Shown here: positions 8,869-17,860 of the stretch, in pieces | Layout: each line of letters opens with the position of its first letter | How positions within the stretch are numbered: position 1 is the stretch's first letter | Virus record (IMG/VR): IMGVR_UViG_3300028284_000003 | Location: 32,001-96,000 of that record | Reading direction: 5' to 3' (one strand) | DNA: 64,000 nt | Source: a virus | Taxonomy: Duplodnaviria; Caudoviricetes | Program-made: the position numbers and the translations under genes | The notes under the pieces: model-generated | Database searches by the model: none | Told to the model about the DNA's origin: nothing | What the model saw: only the letters and a program-made list of their open reading frames with translations

Positions 8869-9624
8869 TTAATATCCGAACTTGTTCTTGAAAGCCTTTC
8901 TTGTTTCCATAAAGCTTTTATAATTATCCATTAGGTCTTCTTGATCTAATGTAAAACACTGTGGCACGTCATCCTCTTCATTGGCTATCCATATTTCAGC
9001 TCCATCGGCTTTAATACCTGTTCTATCCCAATAGGCTACCCAATATGCTGCAGTTTGTCTAAAATAATCTCTAACCCATTCAATTCTTTTAGGTCTTCTA
9101 CTATTTTTATAGTCTATGATTTGTACGCTGCCATCTTTCATTCTTGATACATTATCAAGCGTACCTGCATATTCACCACCTTTAAGAGTCCAAAGAAACC
9201 TTTCAGCATCCAATACCTCATCTATTCTTGAAAAGAATCTACTTTGATTATAAAAGAATTTATCAAACATTTTCCATGCTTCTTCTAAATATAATTCACC
9301 ATTCTCTAATTTTACTATTTCGTTAATTTCTTCATCAGTCTTACAAACTTCAGTAAGCTGTTCTTTCATTTCTTCTGGAGTACCTGCAAATCCTTTATAT
9401 AATTCTATTTGACGGTGCATGATTGTACCTCTATTCATAGATAGCTGACTAATCCTATTAGCCTCTTTTTCACCAACTCTTTTTTTCCATTTTTCAAGGC
9501 CACTCTTATCTGACATCTCTCCCATAACCGTAGTTACAGAAGGTAGTGTTGCAATTACCTTTTCATCTTTTGTGACTTGATAAAACCTTTTGCCATCTTT
9601 GTGGACTCTTTTTACTTCTTCCAT
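8869..9624 (-). CDS. PD-(D/E)XK exonuclease (Cas4/RecB-like phage exonuclease)
   Basis: LPSVTT, RGTIMH, AGTLD..IIDYKNS and Q..AY motifs. Confidence 0.85.
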   Translation of the reverse strand: MEEVKRVHKDGKRFYQVTKDEKVIATLPSVTTVMGEMSDKSGLEKWKKRVGEKEANRISQLSMNRGTIMHRQIELYKGFAGTPEEMKEQLTEVCKTDEEINEIVKLENGELYLEEAWKMFDKFFYNQSRFFSRIDEVLDAERFLWTLKGGEYAGTLDNVSRMKDGSVQIIDYKNSRRPKRIEWVRDYFRQTAAYWVAYWDRTGIKADGAEIWIANEEDDVPQCFTLDQEDLMDNYKSFMETRKAFKNKFGY

Positions 9625-10115
9625 TATAATAATTTACCGATAAAATTAAATAAGTTTTCAAATACTTCGTTGACTATAAAAAGTCTAGTAATTAAATATA
9701 CAATAAATACATAAATTGCCGTATATAATATACTACCGATCATTGCAAATATATTTAATCGATCAAGAACTGGCCAAAATATGACAAGATAGGCTCCACT
9801 GCCTTTAAGCTCTTGCATTTGTGGATAGACTACGTTTGATAATTTAAGTTCATTTAAGACTCCGCCGAATTGACCAAGTTGTTTTAATACAAAGGCTTGT
9901 TGTATTTCCTCAGCAGCACCTAAAACTTCATCTGGTATATTTACTACACCATAAACTCTGCCAATCCAATCGACTCTTAAGTCACGTTCTTCGAGTTTCT
10001 TTCTGTTTCGTTTAGTATTAGTTTGAAAAATAAACCAAATTCTAAATTCTAGAATAAAGTTGTACCAGTAACTAAAAGGCTGATATATCCAATATAAGAT
10101 GCTTGTGAATTTCAT
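9624..10115 (-). CDS. membrane protein
   Basis: C-terminal TM helix; coupled to the downstream gene. Confidence 0.6.
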   Translation of the reverse strand: MKFTSILYWIYQPFSYWYNFILEFRIWFIFQTNTKRNRKKLEERDLRVDWIGRVYGVVNIPDEVLGAAEEIQQAFVLKQLGQFGGVLNELKLSNVVYPQMQELKGSGAYLVIFWPVLDRLNIFAMIGSILYTAIYVFIVYLITRLFIVNEVFENLFNFIGKLL

Positions 10116-10128
10116 AATTTTTATTTAG

Positions 10129-10202
10129 AGCCTTTGGAGGGACTCGAACCCACGACCTGCTGATTACAAATCAGCTGCTCTAGCCAGCTGAGCTACAAAG
10201 GC
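10129..10202 (-). tRNA. trnT: tRNA-Thr(UGU), CCA not encoded
   Basis: GCCTTTGTAGCTCAGCTGGCTAGAGCAGCTGATTTGTAATCAGCAGGTCGTGGGTTCGAGTCCCTCCAAAGGCT, then CTA. Confidence 0.96.
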
Positions 10203-10244
10203 AAATGAAAGGTGAGATTGCTCTCACCTCTGGTTGTTGTATAA

Positions 10245-10427
10245 TTAACTGTTAGTTTTATTAGTTTCAGAAACGTGTACTCTTACGTCTTGTGCTAAAG
10301 CTTTAATAGCTTGCATTCCTTTTCTTACTCTAGTACCAGCAGCCTTGTTGCCTTTTTCATTGAACTTTGAAGCATCATCTTGAATACTATCTAAAGTTGT
10401 TTGTAATTGTTCTAATAATTCTGTCAT
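10245..10427 (-). CDS. histone H1-like nucleoid protein (Hc1 family)
   Basis: KGNKAAGTRVRK signature of Hc1/Bacteroidota histone-H1-like proteins. Confidence 0.8.
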   Translation of the reverse strand: MTELLEQLQTTLDSIQDDASKFNEKGNKAAGTRVRKGMQAIKALAQDVRVHVSETNKTNS

Positions 10428-10455
10428 TTGTTTATTTTTTATTAATTTACTATTA

Positions 10456-10481
10456 TTATATAAAGAAGTTTTTATTTGTTT
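10456..10481 (-). promoter_or_regulatory. middle promoter AAAC-N16-ATATAA
   Basis: GAAAC-AAATAAAAACTTCTTT-ATATAA upstream of Hc1. Confidence 0.75.
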
Positions 10482-10903
10482 CTTTTTTTAAGTTCTAATT
10501 CAAAAATTCTATTTCTTAATTCAGTGCTTGAAAACCCATGATCTCTTTTGTTGTAAAAGATTTCAATACCTCTCTTTTCACAAATGTCTTTTGCTGTAAA
10601 TTCCTTGCCAAAATATTCTCCACCTATAATTCTTACATCAAGTTTAAATGAACTAAAAATATCAATTAAATCTTTCTCAGTTTGATATGGTAATATTTTA
10701 TCCACGTAACTACAACCTTCTAATTGAATAAACCTTTCTACTAAAGATTGAATTGGCTTATTTTTTGTATCTGGTCGGTCTATTGTTGGATCTGTTTGAA
10801 GAGTACATATTAAGTAGTCACATTGACTCTTGGCTTCTTCTAACATTTTAATATGACCCGCATGTAAAAGGTCGAATGTTGAACATGTAATTCCTATTTT
10901 CAT
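10472..10903 (-). CDS. glycerol-3-phosphate cytidylyltransferase-like (TagD family)
   Basis: FDLLHAGH (HxGH) and RDHGFSSTELR motifs; probable start at MKIGIT. Confidence 0.88.
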   Translation of the reverse strand: MKIGITCSTFDLLHAGHIKMLEEAKSQCDYLICTLQTDPTIDRPDTKNKPIQSLVERFIQLEGCSYVDKILPYQTEKDLIDIFSSFKLDVRIIGGEYFGKEFTAKDICEKRGIEIFYNKRDHGFSSTELRNRIFELELKKRNK

Positions 10904-11901
10904 AATTTTAATTTTGTTTGCCAGTTCCAAGAATCCCTTAAACTATCTCCTAAACTATATTTAGGTTGCCATCTTAGTTTTTTTACAATTAAACTATTAT
11001 CTGCAAAAATTTCAGGAACATCGCCTTCTCTTCTTGGTCCTATTTTATATTTTATTTTTATATTATTAACTTTTTCAAATTCATTTACTATTTCAAGAAC
11101 TGAACTTCCATTACCTGTTCCAACGTTTAATAATAAATCTTCTTTATTCTTTACACTATATTCTAGCGCCTTGACATGAGAATCTGCAAGATCCATTACA
11201 TGAATATAATCTCTAATGCAAGTTCCATCAGGTGTTTCATAATCTCCACCGTTGATTGTTAATTCTTCTCTAATCCCAGCAGCAACTTGAACAACATAGG
11301 GAATTAAGTTATTTGGAACTCCTATAGGAAGCTCACCAATTAGACCCGATGGATGTGCTCCTACTGGATTAAAGTATCTTAATAAACACAGATTAGCTTC
11401 TTTGTTTTTAAAAAAATCTGTAAGAATTCTTTCACCAGCTACTTTGGTATAACCATAAGGAGAATTAGCCTTTTTTGTTGGGGTTTTTTCGCTAACTGGT
11501 ACATTATCTGGAATACCATAAACTGTACATGAAGATGAAAAGACAAATGATTTAATTTCATATTCATTTACTAATTCTAATAAATTAATTAAATTGCTTA
11601 TATTATTTTTATAATACTTTAATGGATTTTGCACAGATTCCCCAACGGCCTTATCTGCTGCAAAATGAATAATACCTTCTGGATTTTCAGAATTTATTAC
11701 TTTTCTTATTTCTCCTTTATTTTCTATAGTTAAGCGGTATGATTTTACCTTTTGATTTACTATATCTTCTATTCTAGAAATAACTGATCCTTCAGAATTT
11801 CTAAAATCGTCTATTATTATAGGCTCATGACCTGCTTTAATTAACTGAACTACAGTATGTGAACCTATATAACCAGCTCCTCCTGTGACTAATACTTTCA
11901 T
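10900..11901 (-). CDS. galE: UDP-glucose 4-epimerase
   Basis: GGAGYIGSH, KAVGES, YGYTK, LRYFNPVGAH and RDYIHVMDLA motifs. Confidence 0.95.
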   Translation of the reverse strand: MKVLVTGGAGYIGSHTVVQLIKAGHEPIIIDDFRNSEGSVISRIEDIVNQKVKSYRLTIENKGEIRKVINSENPEGIIHFAADKAVGESVQNPLKYYKNNISNLINLLELVNEYEIKSFVFSSSCTVYGIPDNVPVSEKTPTKKANSPYGYTKVAGERILTDFFKNKEANLCLLRYFNPVGAHPSGLIGELPIGVPNNLIPYVVQVAAGIREELTINGGDYETPDGTCIRDYIHVMDLADSHVKALEYSVKNKEDLLLNVGTGNGSSVLEIVNEFEKVNNIKIKYKIGPRREGDVPEIFADNSLIVKKLRWQPKYSLGDSLRDSWNWQTKLKL

Positions 11902-11914
11902 AATTTAAAAATAG

Positions 11915-11988
11915 TGGAGGATATCGGAGTCGAACCGATGACCTCCTGCGTGCAAGGCAGGCGCTCTAGCCAGCTGAGCTAATCCCCC
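11915..11988 (-). tRNA. trnA: tRNA-Ala(UGC) with G3:U70, CCA not encoded
   Basis: GGGGGATTAGCTCAGCTGGCTAGAGCGCCTGCCTTGCACGCAGGAGGTCATCGGTTCGACTCCGATATCCTCCA, then CTAT. Confidence 0.96.
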
Positions 11989-11994
11989 ATCTTT

Positions 11995-12279
11995 TTACTT
12001 CTCCTTAGAAGCAGTATTTAACATATCAGAAATAGATTTAATTAAACTATTTGCTAATAACTCTATAGCTTTCTTTTCACTATCGGCTTGATAAATTCTA
12101 TAAAATCCATAAGAATTTACTATTTGACTTAAATCTAGTCCTCTTTCTTGATCTTTAGTTTTAATAGCTAGTACTTCTTTTTTATCATCATTTATTGCTA
12201 AATAAACTTTAATGTCTTTTCCTAACTTCTTGTCTACCTTTTCAATTAGTATATCTAATATGTGTTTCTGTTCTTTCAT
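11995..12279 (-). CDS. hypothetical protein
   Basis: 94-aa ORF preceded by overlapping middle (12285-12310) and late (12309-12317) motifs. Confidence 0.65.
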   Translation of the reverse strand: MKEQKHILDILIEKVDKKLGKDIKVYLAINDDKKEVLAIKTKDQERGLDLSQIVNSYGFYRIYQADSEKKAIELLANSLIKSISDMLNTASKEK

Positions 12280-12325
12280 GTTAATTATATATTATATTTT
12301 AGATTTGTTTATATATCTTTTTATT

Positions 12326-12574
12326 TTAATATTCCTCTCCATAAAGACCATTCTTAATATCCTTTTCTTCTTGAGTTTCAAACTGATCCATTTCCCACAT
12401 ACAGTGACCATGTAGGTCTTCTAGCTTTTGATCAGTTAGTAGATCTATTTTTTCCTTATCAATATCTTCTCCAACGTGCTCATAATAGTCGTAAATTTCT
12501 ACAAGCATCAATGCTCTTTTATTTAAGTCTGCTAATAATTGGCTTGTCTTTCTATCGTTTGTTTGATTATTCAT
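12326..12574 (-). CDS. hypothetical protein
   Basis: 82-aa ORF. Confidence 0.6.
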   Translation of the reverse strand: MNNQTNDRKTSQLLADLNKRALMLVEIYDYYEHVGEDIDKEKIDLLTDQKLEDLHGHCMWEMDQFETQEEKDIKNGLYGEEY

Positions 12575-12598
12575 TTTATTTTTTTTTAAGATTTAAGA

Positions 12599-13207
12599 TT
12601 ATGATATTTTTTCTGCGATTAATGTTTTACCTCTACGGATTCTGTTTTTAACAGTTTGTAAATTGACTTTATGTTTTGCTGAAATGTCTTCGTATCTCAT
12701 ACCTTTTAAAAGTCTATCTTCCATAATTTCTTTATACATTGGTTTAAGATCTACAATTGCTTTAAGTGCACTTTCGTATTTTTGCATAAGCTCTTCGTCT
12801 TCTTCAATGTAGTCATTTTCAGTTTTTTGTTCGTATTCCATTAAGAGTCCATTTGCAGAACCATTAATAATACCATCATCTCCTACTTGTACGCCGAATT
12901 CTCTTAGCTGATCAAGAGATGATTTTTTGTTTCTTTCTTTAATATAACCTAAAGCTTCATTGAATGCGATCTTGTATAACCATGTTGTAATTTGCCATTC
13001 TGGCTTATATTGATCTATTTTAGTCCACAGTTTAATTAGCACATTTGAAGTTAAGTCGCTTGCGATACTGTTGTCTTTTACTATTTTGTAGATATAAGTT
13101 TTAAGACCTGGTTTTACTCTGTTGTAAATTGCATTGTAGTCTTTTTCTGATCTAGTTGCTACGAAGTTTTCTGCTAATTCTCTGTATGTTATTTTTGTTT
13201 TTGGCAT
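12599..13207 (-). CDS. ECF-type sigma-70 factor (candidate middle sigma)
   Basis: region 2 (ASDLTSNVLIKLW..ITTWLYKIAFN) and region 4 (MRYEDIS..LQTVKNRIRRGK). Confidence 0.88.
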   Translation of the reverse strand: MPKTKITYRELAENFVATRSEKDYNAIYNRVKPGLKTYIYKIVKDNSIASDLTSNVLIKLWTKIDQYKPEWQITTWLYKIAFNEALGYIKERNKKSSLDQLREFGVQVGDDGIINGSANGLLMEYEQKTENDYIEEDEELMQKYESALKAIVDLKPMYKEIMEDRLLKGMRYEDISAKHKVNLQTVKNRIRRGKTLIAEKIS

Positions 13208-13234
13208 ATTTATTGTTTTTTTACGTTTTTAATT

Positions 13235-13309
13235 TATAATACTAATATAACTATAATTTTTGACCCGTGAAAATTTTAAGGCACTTTTTTTCAAAAGTTA
13301 TGAACAATT
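13235..13309 (-). promoter_or_regulatory. early-promoter repeat upstream of the ECF sigma
   Basis: ~75-bp conserved element with TTTC-N19-TATATTAG, resembling the Bacteroidota -33/-7 promoter. Confidence 0.75.
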
Positions 13310-13500
13310 TAAGATTCTCTATCCCATTGTTCATTATCGGCTGTGATTTGACACAATGTTAAGAACTCATCTTTAAGTTCTGCTAAAGACCATTCGGAAT
13401 ACTTAATTCCTCTAGGTCTAATCCCATGTGCGTCTTTATAAGCGTCGCTCATTACCTGTAAAAATTCTTTTTTAGTCCAAGTGTCGATTATGTCTGTCAT
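13309..13500 (-). CDS. small phage early protein
   Basis: SDAYKDAHGIRPR motif; directly behind an early repeat. Confidence 0.65.
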   Translation of the reverse strand: MTDIIDTWTKKEFLQVMSDAYKDAHGIRPRGIKYSEWSLAELKDEFLTLCQITADNEQWDRES

Positions 13501-13513
13501 GTTTAAGTTTTAA

Positions 13514-13591
13514 TTATAATACTAATATAACTATAAACTTTGACCCGTGAAAACTTTTAGGCACTTTTTTTCCTAAAAGTTATTAACAATT
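13514..13591 (-). promoter_or_regulatory. early-promoter repeat
   Basis: same element as 13235-13309. Confidence 0.75.
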
Positions 13592-13702
13592 ATTTCTTAA
13601 AAATTTTTATTAAATCAAGGACGGTATTGCCCACGATAGAAATTAAAAGCACCATTCCGAGAAAGTGCCATATTGATTGAAATGTAAATTCGAAAAATGT
13701 CA

Positions 13703-14227
13703 TCATGTTATTTCTTTTAATAAGTCCATAAGTGAATTAATATCTTGTGGCTTAAAGTTACATTGATCAGTGCTACAATTTATCATTCTCTTTTTTGGTA
13801 CTGTTTTGTATTTACGAGTTGGATAGCCTATAACTCCATAATACTTTTTAGATTTTTTAGGCCATTCCTGCATAGGCCAATAATTTAAACATATTTTTAA
13901 AGTATCAATTGAAAAATATGGATCTATTATTTTTACATTTTTAGGTAAATTACCCTTGTTGTAAAGATCTAATATTGGCTGATCATTTTCTCCAATTATC
14001 ATAAAGATTTTTTTACCTTTTAATAATAGTAATGAATCATATGCTGTTTTAGGATCCCATGCAAAATTACCAAGGTGATATACAACGTCTTCATTAGTTA
14101 CAACATCGTTCCAATTTTTAATTAAATCAGAAGTCATTGAATCTACGCTAATATAAGGGCGTCTCCATTTTCCAATGGCCGATTGACGCCCTAATTGCAT
14201 ATTACCTGTTATAAATGTTTTACCCAT
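13703..14227 (-). CDS. calcineurin-like phosphoesterase fold, predicted catalytically inactive
   Basis: scaffold (RP..M..LI.NWN.VV..D.VYHLG) retained, but DxH, GD, GNHD, H and GHxH are all substituted. Confidence 0.75.
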   Translation of the reverse strand: MGKTFITGNMQLGRQSAIGKWRRPYISVDSMTSDLIKNWNDVVTNEDVVYHLGNFAWDPKTAYDSLLLLKGKKIFMIIGENDQPILDLYNKGNLPKNVKIIDPYFSIDTLKICLNYWPMQEWPKKSKKYYGVIGYPTRKYKTVPKKRMINCSTDQCNFKPQDINSLMDLLKEIT

Positions 14228-14763
14228 TAGGCTACTGTAAATTTAATGTTGTATCTATTCCAAAGATCTGTCATTAACTTAACTTCTCTTGTGCCTGTTT
14301 GAGCATTCTTAATTTTTTGGTCTTTTGATGTATCAATAAAAAGATACATTACAAAGTCATAGCTTGTTGAATAAACAAGGCTTTGGCCGATTCCACTTCT
14401 TAAACTATTTCCACTCTCCCCTCTTCTAAACTCAATCGCTATATTCATACCGTTCATTTCTAGTACCATATCTGGTCTATTTAATGTTCCCATAAATAAA
14501 GTATGGTGTACAGTAGTGTTAACATCACCTTCCCATTTTAAGTTTTTCTTTACCTTTACCTTTGCCTTCTCAGCAGTAGTGTCAGTATTTTCAACTAAAT
14601 ATTGAGTTAGTGATTGTACAAGGTGAGGATAAACAAATTGTTTGATTTGATCTTCAGTCTTGTTTTTATAATCAATTGTATTAAATATGTCGTCTTGTGT
14701 AATAGCCTCAGAAATTAATTCCATGAAGTCTAATCTCTTTTGACTCTTAGCCTTTTGTCTCAT
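14227..14763 (-). CDS. restriction-endonuclease-like (PD-(D/E)XK) protein
   Basis: RPDMVLE..IAIEFR..GIGQSLVY pattern. Confidence 0.55.
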   Translation of the reverse strand: MRQKAKSQKRLDFMELISEAITQDDIFNTIDYKNKTEDQIKQFVYPHLVQSLTQYLVENTDTTAEKAKVKVKKNLKWEGDVNTTVHHTLFMGTLNRPDMVLEMNGMNIAIEFRRGESGNSLRSGIGQSLVYSTSYDFVMYLFIDTSKDQKIKNAQTGTREVKLMTDLWNRYNIKFTVA

Positions 14764-15283
14764 CTGCAGTTTCTAGAGTAGGTTCAACTTCTTCCGTATT
14801 CTCCATTGCAGTAATGTTAGTGTCAAGATCTCTTAATCTAACATGTATGTCTGAAATTTCTTTATTAGACTCAGTAAGTTCATTCATTGCATTAGTCACT
14901 GACTCACCTACCATTGTAAGCATTTTTACAAATTTTCTTGCGTTTTCAACGCCAGTTCCTTGTACATTTAAGAGTGCTTGATAGAGGCCATTTAACTCAT
15001 AAGCCTTAAGTTCTAATGTTACTTTATAATCATCTCCTGCTGTTTCAAGTTCTTTTTTAATTCTACTTCTTTCTGCTTTTAACCTATCAAATAAAGTTAC
15101 AACAATTGCTGCATTCTTAGTTTCCCAAGTATATCCTTTATTTAAATGGTCTTGTATTGTTTTAATCATTGATACGTCTTCGACTTCTACGTTAAAAATC
15201 ATAGCCGCGTTTGCTTTTGCAAGTTCAGTAACTTTACCTTCAAGTTCTGTTCTTTCTGTTTTTAAATCTTCTAAATTTGTCAT
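14747..15283 (-). CDS. coiled-coil hypothetical protein
   Basis: 178-aa ORF; late motif at 15309-15317. Confidence 0.65.
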   Translation of the reverse strand: MTNLEDLKTERTELEGKVTELAKANAAMIFNVEVEDVSMIKTIQDHLNKGYTWETKNAAIVVTLFDRLKAERSRIKKELETAGDDYKVTLELKAYELNGLYQALLNVQGTGVENARKFVKMLTMVGESVTNAMNELTESNKEISDIHVRLRDLDTNITAMENTEEVEPTLETADETKG

Positions 15284-15317
15284 TGTTTGTTTGTTTTAAA
15301 ATTACTATTTATATATC

Positions 15318-15791
15318 CTAAAATTCTGGATTGGTCACTCGTAGATCATAGTCTTCGAATTCGTTAAATTGCTTCATATCCTCTATCTCTCTTGACATTG
15401 GATGGTAAGCTTTGTCATCTCTTAAGATTAATCTAGTTAACCTCGTGGTAGGGTTAATGTCTAAGTAAATTATTAAACATTCCTTTTTAATTTCTTCTGG
15501 TAACAACTTAAGGCCATCTGGTGACATGATTAATACATCACTTTTTTGATATTCCTCTCTTGTCATTCCATATTTCCAACCTTTAAAATCCATATACTCA
15601 AGCATATCGCCTGCTTCTACGATTTTCATAAAAGACTCGTCGTCAGTATAGTAATAATCTACACCTTCTGTTTCTGTTTCTCTTGGAGATCTTGTTGTGT
15701 GGCTTACAGCTCCTTTAAAACCTTTCTCTGCAAGTCTTGCTCTAAAATAATCCTTACCTGCTGCAGCCTTGCCTACTAATATAATTTTCAT
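15318..15791 (-). CDS. gmk: guanylate kinase
   Basis: GKAAAGKD P-loop, SHTTRSPRETETEGVDYYY, YG motif. Confidence 0.9.
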   Translation of the reverse strand: MKIILVGKAAAGKDYFRARLAEKGFKGAVSHTTRSPRETETEGVDYYYTDDESFMKIVEAGDMLEYMDFKGWKYGMTREEYQKSDVLIMSPDGLKLLPEEIKKECLIIYLDINPTTRLTRLILRDDKAYHPMSREIEDMKQFNEFEDYDLRVTNPEF

Positions 15792-15967
15792 ATAGTGTTT
15801 AAGTTATCGATGTTTGACTTATCTAAATTGTCTAATCTTAATTGTCTAAGCTTTGCTCTTAGGCTTTGTATTTCCTTTAAGTGGGAAGTATTAGTCTCGC
15901 CTGCTAATAGGCTTTCCATTTCCTTTAAGATTTCAATTTCTATTCTGTTGTATTCAGCTTCTTCCAT
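15788..15967 (-). CDS. hypothetical protein (59 aa, not in ORF track)
   Basis: MEEAEYNRIE...; directly behind the middle promoter at 15973-15998; stop overlaps the gmk ATG. Confidence 0.55.
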   Translation of the reverse strand: MEEAEYNRIEIEILKEMESLLAGETNTSHLKEIQSLRAKLRQLRLDNLDKSNIDNLNTI

Positions 15968-15988
15968 GTTTATTATATACTAAAAAAA

Positions 15989-16735
15989 TTAATTGTTTAA
16001 CTCTGACAGTGATTTATATTTAAAATTTCTTACAACATATTCTGAAGTAGGGTGATTGTTTACATCTACGCCTGCATCGACATGTGCATTTATTTTTACA
16101 TTCATTGATTTACCACGATATTCCTTTAATAGTTCTGGATCTTTAAGCTCTCTGACTAGTCTATCATTATAAAATATTTTAATCACATCCGGTGTCCATA
16201 AACAGCCAAATTTATTAAAATGTTTTGCTGGATTTTTCCAACCTAACCAATGCGTCTTTGGTCCTAAATGATAATTATCAGGTTGTTTGCCACAATGGAA
16301 ATTAGTTTCTACTCTCCAAAAGCCAAATGGATTAAAAAGATCAAAGTGAAAAAAGTGTTCTTTGTTTTTTGAATAAGCTTCAAAGACATCAATTTCAGGT
16401 GGCCAACTTTCAAATGGACTCATCCAAAATGCAGGCCACAAGTTTTTACCCGTTGGCAACTTAGCCTCTATTTCAAAATATCCATAGCCAAAGCCATCGA
16501 CACTTGATACTAAACCTACTCCTATTGGAATTTCAAGTTCTGTTAGTTCAGAATTGTAATGAAGCGCATTGCCTTTAAATGTTTTTGGATTCATTTGAGT
16601 CTTTAAAATCATTTCATCCTTTTCATTTATTTCTATTGCGCTTCTATCATAATAGCAATATGCTTTGTCAGGGTGATATGTTCCCCATTTTTCTCTTGGA
16701 CGCCATTTATATCCGCCCCATTGTATATGTGCCAT
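15989..16735 (-). CDS. glycoside hydrolase family 16
   Basis: GYGYFEIEAKLP, LWPAFWM and catalytic EIDVFE; no signal peptide. Confidence 0.88.
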   Translation of the reverse strand: MAHIQWGGYKWRPREKWGTYHPDKAYCYYDRSAIEINEKDEMILKTQMNPKTFKGNALHYNSELTELEIPIGVGLVSSVDGFGYGYFEIEAKLPTGKNLWPAFWMSPFESWPPEIDVFEAYSKNKEHFFHFDLFNPFGFWRVETNFHCGKQPDNYHLGPKTHWLGWKNPAKHFNKFGCLWTPDVIKIFYNDRLVRELKDPELLKEYRGKSMNVKINAHVDAGVDVNNHPTSEYVVRNFKYKSLSELNN

Positions 16736-16746
16736 TTTATTTAAAT

Positions 16747-17076
16747 TTATTTAGTTGGATCATATAAGAAGTATTTTAATGTAAGTTCTTCCCCTGCTTT
16801 AATATCTTTAATTGTCCATAGATATAAATCCTTAGAATTTGTGTCATAGACTTGTCCTTCGAAAACTGTATCTGTTTCAGTATTTGGTGTTTTACTGTAA
16901 TTTATAAAACCACCCAAAGGAAGTCTAATATAACCATCTTGGAAATTTTCGTTAAATACATGAGACAAGCCTAAACATGTGCCTTTTAAAATGTCTTCTG
17001 TTGCAAAAAGTCCAATGCCTTCTATATTTGATTTCTTTATAGTTAAGTTATCGGGTAAGGGTCTATAATATTTCAC
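16747..17076 (-). CDS. SET-domain methyltransferase
   Basis: GIGLFATEDI, FINYS..PN and DIKAGEELTLKY motifs. Confidence 0.85.
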   Translation of the reverse strand: MKYYRPLPDNLTIKKSNIEGIGLFATEDILKGTCLGLSHVFNENFQDGYIRLPLGGFINYSKTPNTETDTVFEGQVYDTNSKDLYLWTIKDIKAGEELTLKYFLYDPTK

Positions 17077-17077
17077 T

Positions 17078-17461
17078 TTACTTAAATTTATCTTTTACTC
17101 TTTCTGAAATTGGAATTGCATCTCCCATTTCATCAATTCTTACAAACTTTATATTTGTTTGTAAAATAATATTTTGTTTGCCATTATAAACATTGTGGCT
17201 TCTGGCTTCTAAATATAAATCTATAGAAGTTGTTCCTATAGAATCAACCTTTGCGTACATTTTTAGTAGCTGACCTTCCTTTGCCGGCTTTGTAAAAACA
17301 CATTTATTTATGCATTTTGTAACCATTCTTGGAGTATCGCACATTTCTGCTGCATAGCTTGCTGCAGCCGCATCTAACCAAGCCAAGAGTTTCCCTCCAA
17401 ACAAGTTTCCATGAAAGCCTAAATCTGATTTTTTTATTGGGTGTGTACTAACTAACTGCAT
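17078..17461 (-). CDS. hotdog-fold acyl-CoA thioesterase (YciA-like)
   Basis: HGNLFGGKLLAWLDAAA motif. Confidence 0.85.
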   Translation of the reverse strand: MQLVSTHPIKKSDLGFHGNLFGGKLLAWLDAAAASYAAEMCDTPRMVTKCINKCVFTKPAKEGQLLKMYAKVDSIGTTSIDLYLEARSHNVYNGKQNIILQTNIKFVRIDEMGDAIPISERVKDKFK

Positions 17462-17630
17462 TTACTATTTTTTGGCAACGTTCATATTCTTCTTCATTTT
17501 CGTAATGTTTTAATATTACATCTCTATCTGTATGGTCAACTGGTAACCAAAACTCTTCGCCTAAATCATCATAGTTTATTTCACCCATGTATAATCTATA
17601 AGCATTATCATATGATTGATCTATATTCAT
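17448..17630 (-). CDS. hypothetical protein
   Basis: 60-aa coupled ORF, EEYERC motif. Confidence 0.55.
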   Translation of the reverse strand: MNIDQSYDNAYRLYMGEINYDDLGEEFWLPVDHTDRDVILKHYENEEEYERCQKIVNAVS

Positions 17631-17860
17631 TTTTCTTGTTCGTCTACGTCTATTATTTCTGGTTTATCTAAGCACTCATTAACTGCAGCATCTGACATAT
17701 CTAAAACTTCTCTTAAATAATCTGCCACTTTTCTACAAGTTTCTTCTTGTGCATTCTTAATCATTGTCTCAAGCTGACCTTCTCTATAACTGTCTCTATA
17801 GAATTCTGAGTCTTCAAGCCAATTTATAAAAAGTCTAAGTCTATTTTCTAAATTTTTCAT
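17627..17860 (-). CDS. hypothetical protein
   Basis: 77-aa coupled ORF. Confidence 0.55.
   Translation of the reverse strand: MKNLENRLRLFINWLEDSEFYRDSYREGQLETMIKNAQEETCRKVADYLREVLDMSDAAVNECLDKPEIIDVDEQEK

Noticed and set aside
8869..9624. Cas4-like nuclease as evidence of CRISPR-Cas
   Set aside because: No Fe-S cysteine cluster, cas neighbours or array; matches the common stand-alone phage exonuclease
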